In this document: positions 11,324 to 21,381 of the stretch, in pieces | How the letters are laid out: every line of letters begins with the position of its first letter | Numbering within the stretch: position 1 is the stretch's first letter | Source of the DNA: Bdellovibrionota bacterium | Lineage (GTDB): Bacteria > Bdellovibrionota_G > JALEGL01 > JAGRMV01 | DNA length: 64,000 bases | Direction: 5' to 3' | Assembly (NCBI GenBank): GCA_041391405.1 | Contig: JAWKOB010000009.1 | Span: 4,167 to 68,166, forward strand | Notes under the pieces: model-generated | Seen by the model: the letters and a program-made list of their open reading frames with translations, nothing else | What the model was told of the DNA's origin: nothing | Databases searched by the model: none | Made by a program: the position numbers and the translations under genes

Positions 11324-12677
11324 ATGCGAAAACCAGAAGAATTCGATACGGTGACGTTTGAATCGTATCAACGAAACATTGTGGATGAAACACTTGAACA
11401 GTGGCCATCCCTCACGCCTGAAGAACGTAAAAGTCTTTTTTTGAATCTTCAACGTGAAGATGAGGATGAATTGTTTTTGCGACTCTCCGCACACGATCAA
11501 TCCGAGATTTTGTCCAATGCCACGCTTTCTCAGCGCAAAATATGGATACGACTTCTTGCGCCGGATGATGCCGTGGACGTGATTCGGAAAGGCCTTTTGA
11601 AGACGTGATTCATATCTAGAGTTGCTGGATCCTCAAACTCGTGTGGAAGTTCGTGCGCTGTTGGCCTATCGAGAAGATCAGGCAGGGGGACTCATGAGTC
11701 CTCGTTTTGCGCGTGTTCGCCCTGAGATGAGCGTCGAAGAAGCGCTTCGCTACCTTCGCGTTCAAACCCGTGCGGATCTTGAAACCATTTATTATGGGTA
11801 TGCCCTGGACAATGAACAACGGCTTCTGGGTGTTGTTTCTTTGCGGCAGCTTTTTGCATCTCCAGCGCATATGCGCGTCGATGAAATCATGGTGAAGCAT
11901 CCCGATTTGATCACGCTGAAAGATAATGAAGATCAAGAAATGATCGCACGTGAATTCGGCAAGTGGAATTTTTATGCTTTGCCAGTTGTAGATGACCAAG
12001 GGCATATGAAAGGTATCGTCACTGTCGATGACATGGTTGACGTTGTTCAAAAAGAAGCTTCCGAAGACATTCAAAAGTTCGGGGGTGTTGAAGCCTTGGA
12101 AGCTCCATATTTCAACACGAAATTTTTGAGCATGATTCAAAAAAGGGCGGGTTGGCTGATGGTGTTGTTCGTTGGTGAAATGTTCACGGCAACCGCCATG
12201 GGCTATTTCGAACACCAGATTTCCAGCGCGGTTGTTTTGACGCTCTTTATTCCTTTGATCATCTCAAGTGGTGGAAACACAGGGTCTCAAGCATCCACCT
12301 TGGTCATTCGCGCCATGGCTTTGGGGGAAATTCGCATTCGAGATTGGTGGAGGGTGATGGGCCGTGAAATCGCCGCCGGATTATTCCTTGGTGGTATCTT
12401 GGGCTTGTTGGGATTTGCCCGTATTCTGTTCTGGCCGACCAGCGCAACTGTGTATGGACAACATTATGCGCTCATCAGCGTAACGGTGGGCATCAGTCTA
12501 TTGGGAATTGTGCTTTGGGGAACCCTGGTGGGATCCATGCTTCCGTTTCTATTTCGAATGATCAAAGTTGATCCGGCCACGGCTTCCGCACCCTTTGTAG
12601 CGACCCTTGTGGATGTCACGGGACTCATCATCTATTTTACTGTTGCCAACATCATCTTGGCTGGAACGTTGTTATAA
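11324..12677 (+). pseudogene. mgtE: Magnesium transporter MgtE, one frameshift near 11600
   Basis: AGGAGG RBS then ATG at 11324. The N-domain is ORF 11297-11608. CBS pair and TM domain are in ORF 11622-12677 (LLAYREDQAGGLMSP, SSGGNTGSQAST, PFVATLVDVTGL). Confidence 0.9.
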
Positions 12678-12770
12678 TTCACGAGTTATTAAGAATTGAT
12701 TAATAGTTGCGCCAACTATCGGAATCGTTTAAGGAATTTGAGGTAAATCAAACCTTCCTTAGGGGGATTC

Positions 12771-14185
12771 ATGAGTAACGCTGGAGCGATGGCTGATAAG
12801 TTGAACCGTACTGAAGTGGACAAGTTTCCTCCACAAATCAAATACATCATTGGTAACGAGGTGTGTGAAAGATATTCTTTTTACGGAATGCGCTCCATCC
12901 TGACCATGTTCATGATCCAAGCGCTTTTGTTTACCAAAGGCGAAGCAGAAGGCATTTACCACTATTTCGTTTCCATGGCTTACTTTACTCCACTCATCGG
13001 AGATTCATCGCCGATCGTTTCTGGGGCAAGTTCAAAACCATCATGATCCTTTCGTTGTTTTACTGCTTGGGTCATGCGACCTTGGCTTTGATGGATGTTG
13101 AAGCAGTGACAGCAATGTTTCCAGCCAAGACATTGTTGTATGCTGGACTGTTTTTCATTGGTTTGGGTGCAGGAGGTATCAAGCCTTGTGTTTCCGCCAA
13201 CGTGGGTGATCAATTCACGGAGAAAAACAAACACCTCATCAACAAAATTTTCAACTGGTTCTATCTTTCGATCAATTTCGGATCTTTCTTCTCAAGCATC
13301 ATCACACCGTGGGTGTGGGAAAAATGGGGATCTGGATGGGCGTTCGGTATTCCAGGCATTTTGATGGCACTGGCCACGATGATTTTCTGGATGGGCCGTC
13401 ACCAAATGGTGAAAATCCCGCCAAGTGGCAAGAACCCACACGGTACATTGGCTGTGCTTTCTTCCGCATTCAAGAATCTTGGAAAAGGAAAAGGTTTTTT
13501 CGGTGGAGCAACCGAAGATCACCCAGCTCAGGCTGTAGATGCTGTTCGAGCCGCATTCAACGTGGGGCGTATTTTCATTCCTTTGGTTCTTTTCTGGGCC
13601 TTGTTTGACCAGCACGGTTCAACGTGGGTGGTTCAGGCTTCCAAAATGGATTTGAACTTTTTGGGATTCACCATCAATCCATCTCAAACTTCGGCATTGA
13701 ATCCGATTTTGGTTTTGTTGATGGTTCCAGTATTCACATTGTGGATTTATCCATCTCTTGAGAAAGCTGGAATTGCCGTGACACCACTTCGTAAAATGTC
13801 GGCGGGAATGTTTTTCGCGGCACTTTCGTTTGTGTTCATGGCATGGAACCAATACCGCATGGATGGTGGACAAATCATCAATGTAGCGAACCAAATTTTG
13901 CCATACTGGGCATTGACCACCGCAGAAATTCTGATTTCAATCACGGGATTGGAATTTGCGTATACACAAGCTCCACGCAGCGTGAAATCGACCATCATGG
14001 GTCTGTGGTTCTTGAGTGTGTCGCTGGGCAACTTGGTAGCGGGAGCAATTGCAGCTTCCAATAAGTTCGAAGGTGGAAGCTTCTTCATGTTCTTTGCAGC
14101 GCTGACCTTCGTTTTCGCAATCATCTTCATTTTTGTTGCTAAGACCTACAAAATGCAAAGCTTCGTAGAAGCGGATCGCGATTAG
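12771..14185 (+). pseudogene. Proton-dependent oligopeptide transporter (POT/PTR2 family, DtpT-like), one frameshift near 13010
   Basis: PTR2 signature ERYSFYGMRSIL in ORF 12771-13046. The body is in ORF 13043-14185 (multi-TM, GLGAGGIKPCVSANVGDQF). Confidence 0.8.
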
Positions 14186-14202
14186 AACCAAAAACATTCA
14201 AC

Positions 14203-14236
14203 AAAAAAAAGAGCGGCGCATGCGCCGCTCTTTTTT
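14203..14236. terminator. Bidirectional rho-independent terminator
   Basis: A8-GAGCGGCGCA/TGCGCCGCTC-T6 is a perfect 10-bp GC-rich palindromic stem flanked by A- and T-runs. It lies between convergent genes (POT transporter and gst). Confidence 0.85.
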
Positions 14237-14251
14237 ATTCCTTAAATATGA

Positions 14252-14839
14252 TTATTTTTCAGCTGTGATCGCCGCAACGACAGTAGGGCGATTGCGCACA
14301 CGTTCCAGAAAAGCTTGAACGTGTGAATACTGAGCCAAATCCATTCCCACGTGCTTTGCCCAACTCAAAGTCACAAATGCGTAAGCATCTGGCGCTGTGA
14401 AATTCTTGCCCATGAAAAAATCATTTTTGCTGAAATGTTCATTGAGATAGACGAATTTCGGTTGCATCGATTTGATAAAGATCGCACGCGTGTTGTCGTC
14501 AAAATCAGGTTTGAACAAAATGCCGATGCCTTTGTGAATTTCCGTCGCCACATAATTGAGCCATTCCTGACATTTGTATCGTTCCCAGGTGCCGGCTTTG
14601 GGCATCAAATTCATCTCGGGTTTTAAGTCCGCGATATATTGAAGAATCACGGCCGATTCAGTCAATACTTTGCCATCATCGGTCACCAGTGTGGGCACCA
14701 AGGCTTTGGGATTGTATTTCAGGATGCTTGAGCGATCGGCCTTGTCCATTTTTTCAAGTTCATAGGGAGTTTGTGTTTCTTTGAGCAAAATGTGCGGAGC
14801 AAGGGAGCAGGCGCCTTTCAAATAAAAGAGTTTCATCAT
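14252..14839 (-). CDS. gst: Glutathione S-transferase (beta-class, GstA-like)
   Basis: MMKLFYLKGACSLAPHILLKE ... AVILQYIADL ... WLNYVATEIHKG is colinear with E. coli Gst. An AAAGGAAAC RBS-like stretch precedes ATGATG at 14839. Confidence 0.85.
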   Translation of the reverse strand: MMKLFYLKGACSLAPHILLKETQTPYELEKMDKADRSSILKYNPKALVPTLVTDDGKVLTESAVILQYIADLKPEMNLMPKAGTWERYKCQEWLNYVATEIHKGIGILFKPDFDDNTRAIFIKSMQPKFVYLNEHFSKNDFFMGKNFTAPDAYAFVTLSWAKHVGMDLAQYSHVQAFLERVRNRPTVVAAITAEK

Positions 14840-14867
14840 GTTTCCTTTCTGATTAAAGATCGATGGT

Positions 14868-16187
14868 TTGAACTTTACATCTTGCACGCCTATCGTAAAG
14901 TCAAAAAGCATATGGAAAAAGCGCATCATAGTCATTGGTGCTGGATTTGCTGGCATCAATGCGGTCAAAAAGCTTTGTCATGACCCAAATCTCGAGATTA
15001 CGCTCATCGATCGTCGCAATCATCATTTGTTTCAACCACTTCTATATCAGGTAGCGACAGCCGGACTTTCACCAGCGGATATCGCCACACCCATCCTCAG
15101 TATTTTTTCAGAAAACGAAAACGTCACTGTCATCATGGCGAATGTCGACTCTGTGAATCTTGCAGGAAAAACCATTCGAACCAGCGATGGGGTGACATAT
15201 AATTATGACTACCTTGTGATGGCTTGCGGAGCCAAGCACAGTTACTTCGGTCATGAAGAGTGGGAGCCATTTTCTCCGGGCTTGAAAACATTGGAGCAGG
15301 CCACGGAAATTCGACGAAGGATTCTGCTCGCATATGAATTGGCTGAAAAAGAAACAGACAGCGACAAACAAAAAGAGCTTCTGACATTCGTGGTGGTGGG
15401 AGGCGGTCCCACTGGCGTTGAATTGGCAGGTACGATTGGTGAAATCAGTCGGCAGACCTTGTCTGAAGATTTTAGAAACATACGTCCAGAGCGTACGCGC
15501 GTGCTGCTGATCGAAGCTGGACCGCGCCTTTTGCCTGCATTTTCCGAAAAACTTTCCAAAATGGCGGCGCGAGATCTCGAAAAGCTCGGTGTGCAGATTT
15601 GGACGTCCACACGCGTGACCAATATCATGGAAAATAGAGTGGAACTTGGAAGTGAGAATATCAAGGCGCGCACGATCATCTGGGCCGCTGGCGTTCAACC
15701 TTCAAGTTTGGGAAAGTCTCTGGGAACTCCAATGGATAAAATTGGACGCGTGATCGTTGAAAAAGATGTATCACTTCAAAGCTATCGCGAAGTTTTTGTG
15801 TTGGGAGATCAAGCTATGTTTCCAACTCTAGATGGAAAGGGGCTTCCCGGCCTGGCACCTGTGGCCATGCAGCAAGGAACCCATGCAGCCAAAAACATCC
15901 TTGCCGATCAGCGACAAAAACCACGACAAGATTTCAAATACAATGACAAAGGTGTGATGGCCACCATTGGAAGAAAATCGGCGATTGTTCAAATGAAACA
16001 TTTGGAATTTGGCGGCTTGTTGGCTTGGATCACTTGGTTGTTTGTCCATATTTTTTATTTGATTGGATTCAAAAATCGCGTGTTTGTTTTCATGCAGTGG
16101 GCATGGAGCTATGTCACGTTCAAACGTGGAGCCCGGCTGATTGTCGATAAAGAATGGCGTACAAGCGTCAAATTCCCAAAAAAATAG
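14868..16187 (+). CDS. ndh: Type II NADH dehydrogenase (NDH-2)
   Basis: KRIIVIGAGFAG and FVVVGGGPTGVELAG dinucleotide-binding motifs. Start is uncertain. ATG at 14912 becomes in frame (MEKRIIVIGAG) if the A5 run at 14916-14920 is really A4. Confidence 0.85.
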   Translation: MNFTSCTPIVKSKSIWKKRIIVIGAGFAGINAVKKLCHDPNLEITLIDRRNHHLFQPLLYQVATAGLSPADIATPILSIFSENENVTVIMANVDSVNLAGKTIRTSDGVTYNYDYLVMACGAKHSYFGHEEWEPFSPGLKTLEQATEIRRRILLAYELAEKETDSDKQKELLTFVVVGGGPTGVELAGTIGEISRQTLSEDFRNIRPERTRVLLIEAGPRLLPAFSEKLSKMAARDLEKLGVQIWTSTRVTNIMENRVELGSENIKARTIIWAAGVQPSSLGKSLGTPMDKIGRVIVEKDVSLQSYREVFVLGDQAMFPTLDGKGLPGLAPVAMQQGTHAAKNILADQRQKPRQDFKYNDKGVMATIGRKSAIVQMKHLEFGGLLAWITWLFVHIFYLIGFKNRVFVFMQWAWSYVTFKRGARLIVDKEWRTSVKFPKK

Positions 16188-16233
16188 GGTGATTTTCTCC
16201 ACTCTTGAAAATCTCAAGTACCAAAAGTCTGCT

Positions 16234-16249
16234 TGGCATTTGAATTGCT
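16234..16249 (+). promoter_or_regulatory. Candidate sigma-54 (-24/-12) promoter
   Basis: TGGCAT-TTGAA-TTGCT has GG and GC separated by 10 nt as in the TGGCAC-N5-TTGCW consensus. It lies about 50 nt upstream of the ATG at 16300. Confidence 0.4.
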
Positions 16250-16299
16250 ATATTCAGTAGTGGTTAGAAATGAATTTAATCTTCAACAAGGAGAAATGT

Positions 16300-16576
16300 A
16301 TGAAATCATTAAGGTTTTTGATGGTATTGTCATTGGTATTCGGGTTCAATCAGGCATTTGCGGAACAGACCATGGGGGAAAAAGTCACGGATAAAGCCCA
16401 TGATGTTAAGCGGGATATGAAAGCGAAATCGCATCGCATGGAAGAAAAAGCCTGCGATAAAAATGATGACAAAACTTACGCAGATTGCATGGCGAAAAAA
16501 AACAGGTAATCGCGCAGAAGAAGCCAAAGATGCAACCAAAGACAAAGCTACGGAATTGAAAAACAAAGTCGACTAA
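16300..16576 (+). pseudogene. Small secreted Lys/Asp-rich protein, probable frameshift in A8 run
   Basis: AAGGAG RBS, then MKSLRFLMVLSLVFGFNQAFA signal peptide. The frame stops after the A8 run at 16495-16502. With A7 it continues ...AKKTGNRAEEAKDATKDKATELKNKVD*. Confidence 0.4.
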
Positions 16577-16679
16577 AGTTTTTCATTCCAAGCGATTGAG
16601 CTTATTCTCTTGATGATAGTATGTGGGCGATCAAAGATTGATCGCCCCAAAATCCCCCAACTTTACAGAGGAGAAAAAT

Positions 16680-16919
16680 ATGCTTTGGGCACTGTTTATT
16701 GGTTTGATCGTAGGCGCTGTTGCACGTTTGTTGATGCCGGGTAAAGATCCAGGCGGAATTTTTGTAACGATCGTCGTCGGTATTGTCGGATCTGTTCTAG
16801 CTTACTGGATCGGGCGTGCGATGGGGTTTTATTATGAAGGCCAACCCGTGGGATTCATTTCCTCAGTGATTGGTGCGATGATTTTCCTGGGAGTTTTAAG
16901 GATGATTCGAGGAAAGTAA
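16680..16919 (+). CDS. GlsB/YeaQ/YmgE family (transglycosylase-associated) small membrane protein
   Basis: GAGGAG RBS. MLWALFIGLIVGAVARLLMPGKDPGGIFVTIVVGIVGSVLAYWIGR is the typical pattern of this family. Confidence 0.75.
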   Translation: MLWALFIGLIVGAVARLLMPGKDPGGIFVTIVVGIVGSVLAYWIGRAMGFYYEGQPVGFISSVIGAMIFLGVLRMIRGK

Positions 16920-16925
16920 ATTTGA

Positions 16926-17450
16926 ATGTCTAAAAAATCAAAATTGCAGAAAGTTGCGCAAAAAGCGCAACCCACGGATAAAAACGTGGTTGCGCTTTTG
17001 CTCAAGGATCATCGTGCGATGAAAAAGCTGATGGAGAAAATCAAATCCCCTCGGTCCAAACCGTCCCAGATTTTTTCTGCGTTCAAAAAACTTGAAAAGC
17101 TTGTGCATTCTCACATGCGCGCTGAAGAAACGTCGCTGCTTCACAAACTCAAAGGTCACGAAAAGTTTGAGGATCAAGTCGAGGAAGGAATCGAGGAGCA
17201 CAAGATCCACGAAACCGTGATCGCAGGGATTCATCGCCTGAAAGACAAGGGGCGCAAAGTGACTCAGATCAAAATTTTCTGTGAATTTCTGGAGCACCAC
17301 CTCGAAGAAGAGGAAACGGAGCTTTTCCCGCAGTTCAACAAATATGCAGCGCTTTCCACGAGGAAAAAAATGGGGGCGACCTTTATGAAACGTCGCAAAG
17401 CCACACATTCCTCAAGAGTGCGCCCAGTGGGCGCTTTGGCCAGCTATTGA
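16926..17450 (+). CDS. Hemerythrin-like (HHE cation-binding) domain protein
   Basis: Intact ORF. LLKDHRAMKKL ... HMRAEETSL ... EEHKIHE ... HHLEEEETELFP shows His/Glu spacing typical of hemerythrin-like domains. Confidence 0.5.
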   Translation: MSKKSKLQKVAQKAQPTDKNVVALLLKDHRAMKKLMEKIKSPRSKPSQIFSAFKKLEKLVHSHMRAEETSLLHKLKGHEKFEDQVEEGIEEHKIHETVIAGIHRLKDKGRKVTQIKIFCEFLEHHLEEEETELFPQFNKYAALSTRKKMGATFMKRRKATHSSRVRPVGALASY

Positions 17451-17483
17451 TTCGTTGCGTCATTTTTGATATAGCTTCAGTCC

Positions 17484-17891
17484 ATGAACATCATTCGAAA
17501 TTCAATTATTGTTCTTTTGAGTTTTATTTTCGTTGGTCAAGTATTGGCGAACAACACAGAGAAGAAAGACTTATATATTCAAAAACTTTCATCCTGCGAT
17601 TCCGTGGGATTGGAAAAGAGATATTTCCCGAAAGAAAAAAGTTCAGCCTATTACAACAACGATAGCATGTCCGTGTTTTATGGGTGTGTTGGAAACGATC
17701 CCGATACTTATTTTTTCGTGAAGGACAGTACTATTGCGGGAGCTGAAGGCAAATTCAACGATGAAGTGAAGCTTTTTTCGGATTTGGTCGATTATTACAA
17801 AAAAAATTCCGGATACAAACTTGCAGGTTCTTCCAATCGAGAAATCAAGACCGGCATCATTGAAAAATACCGCTTCGACAAAAAACAATAA
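17484..17891 (+). CDS. Hypothetical secreted protein
   Basis: Intact 135-aa ORF with signal peptide MNIIRNSIIVLLSFIFVGQVLA. No family recognised. Confidence 0.45.
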   Translation: MNIIRNSIIVLLSFIFVGQVLANNTEKKDLYIQKLSSCDSVGLEKRYFPKEKSSAYYNNDSMSVFYGCVGNDPDTYFFVKDSTIAGAEGKFNDEVKLFSDLVDYYKKNSGYKLAGSSNREIKTGIIEKYRFDKKQ

Positions 17892-17901
17892 CTGCTAGTT
17901 A

Positions 17902-17930
17902 TTTACATTTCAATGGTGATCGGTTACTAA
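17902..17930 (+). promoter_or_regulatory. Candidate sigma-70 promoter of the tRNA-Ala gene
   Basis: TTTACA-N17-TACTAA ends 17 nt before the mature tRNA 5' end. Confidence 0.45.
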
Positions 17931-17946
17931 CAAGTTCCCAATCAAT

Positions 17947-18022
<76 letters not shown>

Positions 18023-18235
18023 ATTGTTCGTCGCGGCCTCCGCCGCCGACATTAGGGAAAAACGCTTTTCCCTCTGGGTTTGAACAAAGTCCAAACCCAT
18101 TCACCCTTTGCGATTATCCAATCAAAACAATCTTTGTCGCGCGTCGGTTTTAGTGACTCTTGTGACGTAAGGAACTAGAGTCACTTAGATCTAAAATTGG
18201 GTGAATTCGAGCTTGCGAGAAGATCCCAATTTTGA

Positions 18236-18258
18236 TCGATCCCGATCAGCTCCACCAA
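18236..18258 (+). repeat. Direct repeat of the tRNA-Ala 3' end (att-like)
   Basis: TCGATCCCGATCAGCTCCACCAA at 18236-18258 is identical to 18001-18023 (T-arm 3' half + acceptor + CCA + 1 nt). The two copies start 235 bp apart. Confidence 0.9.
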
Positions 18259-18268
18259 GCTCTCCACA

Positions 18269-18577
18269 CTATGGTTTTAGGTTGTCTTCTTTGTACATTT
18301 TGCAGGCTTTGATTTGCTGCAGGGAAATGTCACCCGTGGTCACGTCCTTGACTGGACGACCCTGTAGAATCGGTTTCACGCAATCACGATGAAAAAATTC
18401 TTTGTAACCGGCGGACTTGCAGGCACGCTCAATGACGGCGCAGGGGTTGGGGCGGTTGGTTTGTGTGGGTTTGGTTTTTTTCTGCGTTGGTTGGGCATTT
18501 TCAAGATCGAACGGTAGATCCTCAGCGATCGCAAAACCAGTGATTAATAAAATGGCTACGAACCATAGATTTTTCAT
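18269..18577 (-). CDS. Small secreted Cys-containing protein (hypothetical)
   Basis: Within ORF 18269-18634. The internal Met at 18577 gives signal peptide MKNLWFVAILLITGFAIA. The mature part has 4 Cys (CAVIERAC...C...C). Confidence 0.45.
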   Translation of the reverse strand: MKNLWFVAILLITGFAIAEDLPFDLENAQPTQKKTKPTQTNRPNPCAVIERACKSAGYKEFFHRDCVKPILQGRPVKDVTTGDISLQQIKACKMYKEDNLKP

Positions 18578-18605
18578 GCGACTCCTTCTTACGTCATCCA
18601 AGAAC

Positions 18606-19214
18606 TTAAGACTCTTGTTTGTTGCTTTCGACAAAATAGATTCTGAAATACTGGGCTGCAGAAAACAAAGCCGTGATCACAGCCAGATACAACAGGTTCA
18701 TGCCGATATTATACCAGTTAAATCCCAGAAAGTGTTGATCCGGTCCTAACATTACGAAACCAATGCCGAATCCTTCAAAATAAGCTTTGGTTTTTCCCAC
18801 CCAGTTGGGCGAGAGCGTGATGCCTTCGCTTTGGGCCAAGGCTCGTAGCGCATTGACGATCAATTCACGACAAGACAACACAATGGCAATCCAAACCGCC
18901 AGAAAATGAATATGGACCAGTAGCATCAGTGCAGTAACCACCAGAATTTTGTCGGCCAACGGATCCATGATTTTGCCAAGTTGCGTGATTTGATTGGTGG
19001 CGCGGGCGATGATGCCGTCGATTTGATCGGTGATGAAGGAAAGCCCGAAGATGCAGGCGGCCCAAAACAAATGTTGTTCGGAGGGAGCCATTGGATGGCG
19101 AAGAAGCCAAACAATAAAAGGAATCGACAAAATACGAATGAACGTGAGCAAATTCGGAATCGTTAAGATTCTTTTGCGATTTTTAAAGGTAAGGGACTGG
19201 TTTTGCGACGTCAT
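18606..19214 (-). CDS. pgsA: CDP-diacylglycerol--glycerol-3-phosphate 3-phosphatidyltransferase
   Basis: Intact ORF with CDP-alcohol phosphatidyltransferase motif DQIDGIIARATNQITQLGKIMDPLADK (DGx2ARx8Gx3Dx3D). Confidence 0.85.
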   Translation of the reverse strand: MTSQNQSLTFKNRKRILTIPNLLTFIRILSIPFIVWLLRHPMAPSEQHLFWAACIFGLSFITDQIDGIIARATNQITQLGKIMDPLADKILVVTALMLLVHIHFLAVWIAIVLSCRELIVNALRALAQSEGITLSPNWVGKTKAYFEGFGIGFVMLGPDQHFLGFNWYNIGMNLLYLAVITALFSAAQYFRIYFVESNKQES

Positions 19215-19836
19215 TCTGCTTCAAAGAACTAGTCGATTGCATCGAAAATTGCGAATAATATTTTTTAATTTTTTGAATATAATCAATGGTTTCCGGATAG
19301 GGCGGCACACCTTTGTATTTGGATACAGCCATTTCTCCGGCATTGTAGGCAGCCAGTGCCAAATCCAAATTGCTTTCATATTTCGTCATTAGCTTTTTGA
19401 GATGTCGAATGCCTGCGTCCAAATTCTCTTTTGGATCGAATGGATTTTGCAATCCAAGATCCATGGCGGTCATCGGCATGATTTGCATCAACCCTTGGGC
19501 ACCAACTCTTGAAATCGCCATCGGATCATAGTCGGACTCAGCTTTGACCACGGCTTCTACCAGGTATGGATCCATCTCATGATGTTGGGCAAGGTTTTGA
19601 ATGATGGGCGTAATTTGGCCCTTTACAGCCATATTGTAAAAGCGGGCATGGCGGGTGGGGGGCTTGTGATGAACCACAAAACGTGCCTTGGGTTTGTATT
19701 CTTTGACCTGATATTCGTCGGGAGGTGTATCGGTAAAGTGAATCGTACCTTCCTTATCCTCATACTGATAAATGGGTTCCGCCATCACATTGGGTGTGAT
19801 GAAAAGTAAAAGCACAATTTGAAAAAAAGTTTGCAT
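19183..19836 (-). CDS. Lytic transglycosylase (SLT domain) with N-terminal DUF4124-like segment
   Basis: Start chosen at the Met giving signal peptide MQTFFQIVLLLFITPNVMA. IYQYEDKEGTIHFTDTPP is the N-terminal segment. The SLT catalytic region is AESDYDPMAISRVGAQGLMQIMP. Confidence 0.8.
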   Translation of the reverse strand: MQTFFQIVLLLFITPNVMAEPIYQYEDKEGTIHFTDTPPDEYQVKEYKPKARFVVHHKPPTRHARFYNMAVKGQITPIIQNLAQHHEMDPYLVEAVVKAESDYDPMAISRVGAQGLMQIMPMTAMDLGLQNPFDPKENLDAGIRHLKKLMTKYESNLDLALAAYNAGEMAVSKYKGVPPYPETIDYIQKIKKYYSQFSMQSTSSLKQNDVAKPVPYL

Positions 19837-20005
19837 CTTGCTGAAATTGCTTAAGAATTTGATATCTCGAATATTGTACCAAAAGAAAGGGATTCCCATG
19901 TAATTTTTTTGTTTGTTTTTTAAAGGACCTGTGACAATATGTGTATGGGTGTATATGGTTATGAACATATCTTGCCCTCAACCACACTAGACTGGAAGCT
20001 TAAAC

Positions 20006-20176
20006 ATGAATCGCAAAAAAATTTCGACCACCGTATACATCACGGAAGATCAGAACGATAAGCTCAAGCTTCTGAACAAACGCACCAAAGTTCCAGTTGC
20101 AGAATACATCCGCCAAGGGATTGATATGGTGTTGGACAAATACAAGGACCAAATCCCAGGTCAAATGTCGTTTTAA
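20006..20176 (+). CDS. Ribbon-helix-helix (CopG/Arc-like) small protein
   Basis: 56-aa ORF, below the ORF-track cutoff: MNRKKISTTVYITEDQNDKLKLLNKRTKVPVAEYIRQGIDMVLDKYKDQIPGQMSF. It shows a beta-strand (TTVYI) followed by two helices, the pattern of RHH proteins. Confidence 0.55.
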   Translation: MNRKKISTTVYITEDQNDKLKLLNKRTKVPVAEYIRQGIDMVLDKYKDQIPGQMSF

Positions 20177-20229
20177 GCTTTCGTCCCCCGACTTGAATTT
20201 CTAGGTCCTATTGTGGTACAAGACCACCC

Positions 20230-21381
20230 ATGTTTCAATTCACTGCATTATTTTTGACGTTTCTAGTGCCAGCTTTAGCACAGCTAAAGATGCCACCTTT
20301 GATTCCGCCATCCTTGAAAAATAAAACCGTCTTTGGTTCACATCATGCCGACGGTCGAAGCTGAGCAAAAGCGATTGCCTCTGGGTGCACGGGGTTCTAT
20401 GTAAAACGGGACATGGCCGATGATCGTCTGATCATCCTCGAAGAAAATAACTTGATATTGACCAATTTGAGCTGCTTGATCCGCTCAGAGGAGTTGAACA
20501 AACCGCAACCCAATCTTCAGATCATTGAGCTACCATTGAGGATACCGAAGGGCGTTTATATTCCAAATTTACGGTGGTGGGCTATCACAAGGCCGCCAAT
20601 TTGGCCCTGATCAAGATTGACAAAGATGATGGCAAGCAGACGGAAAAAATCGTACCTGTAAATCTGAACTTGAATCGACCCTGGGAGATTTTGAAGCTTT
20701 ATATTCTATTCGTTATCCGAGCGCAGTTCCTCAAAACGATGTGTTGTCATCCACATTGGAAAAGTCATTTGTGGCAAATTTCGGAAATGTTCAGGTCACC
20801 TATCTTTTGCATCAAGGAGACGGTTTGCTCAATGGTTTCGAGGGAAGTCCGATCATCAATTCCAAAGGTGAGGTCGTAGGATCAATTCCTACAGCAATTT
20901 TTACTTCTTCAACATCGGATATGATTTTTCCTCACTTACAACGCTTGAAAAATCCCGAAAAACCGATTCTGGTCAACATGTCGATGAGTGGCAACGTGCA
21001 AACCGATCAATATGTCATGAGCTTGCAGGATTCAGATCGAAGCATCATCGACAATGATGGTTTTGATGAGGCCTTGTTTGTCCATCGAGCCATGCAGACG
21101 TCCAAGATCGATGATTTTCTGGAAATGTTTTTCCAGACCTTGATGGTGAAAATCTCTCAGATCCATTGCGCAACGCCAACAGCCCCGAAAGTAGGTTGTT
21201 CTATTTTCAGGCGCTGGACTATATGTTGGACGTGATTTTCGAAGAATTCATGGTGGAAATCGCAAGGGTTAAAAACTCGCGCGTGGACGATAACAAACGC
21301 TCCAAGATGATGAACCAAACGGCGGTCAAGCTGTCAGATTATTTCGATGTTCTCAAGATCCTCAAAAGAATCTTCGTATGA
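20230..21381 (+). pseudogene. Secreted trypsin-fold (S1-like) protein with all three catalytic residues substituted, frameshifted
   Basis: Signal peptide MFQFTALFLTFLVPALA. Motif blocks CTGFYV..LILTNLSC (His position is Ser), NLALIKID (Asp position is Asn) and GFEGSPIINSKGEVVG (Ser position is Glu). Spread over ORFs 20413-20610, 20574-20879, 20741-21235, 21166-21381. Confidence 0.55.
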
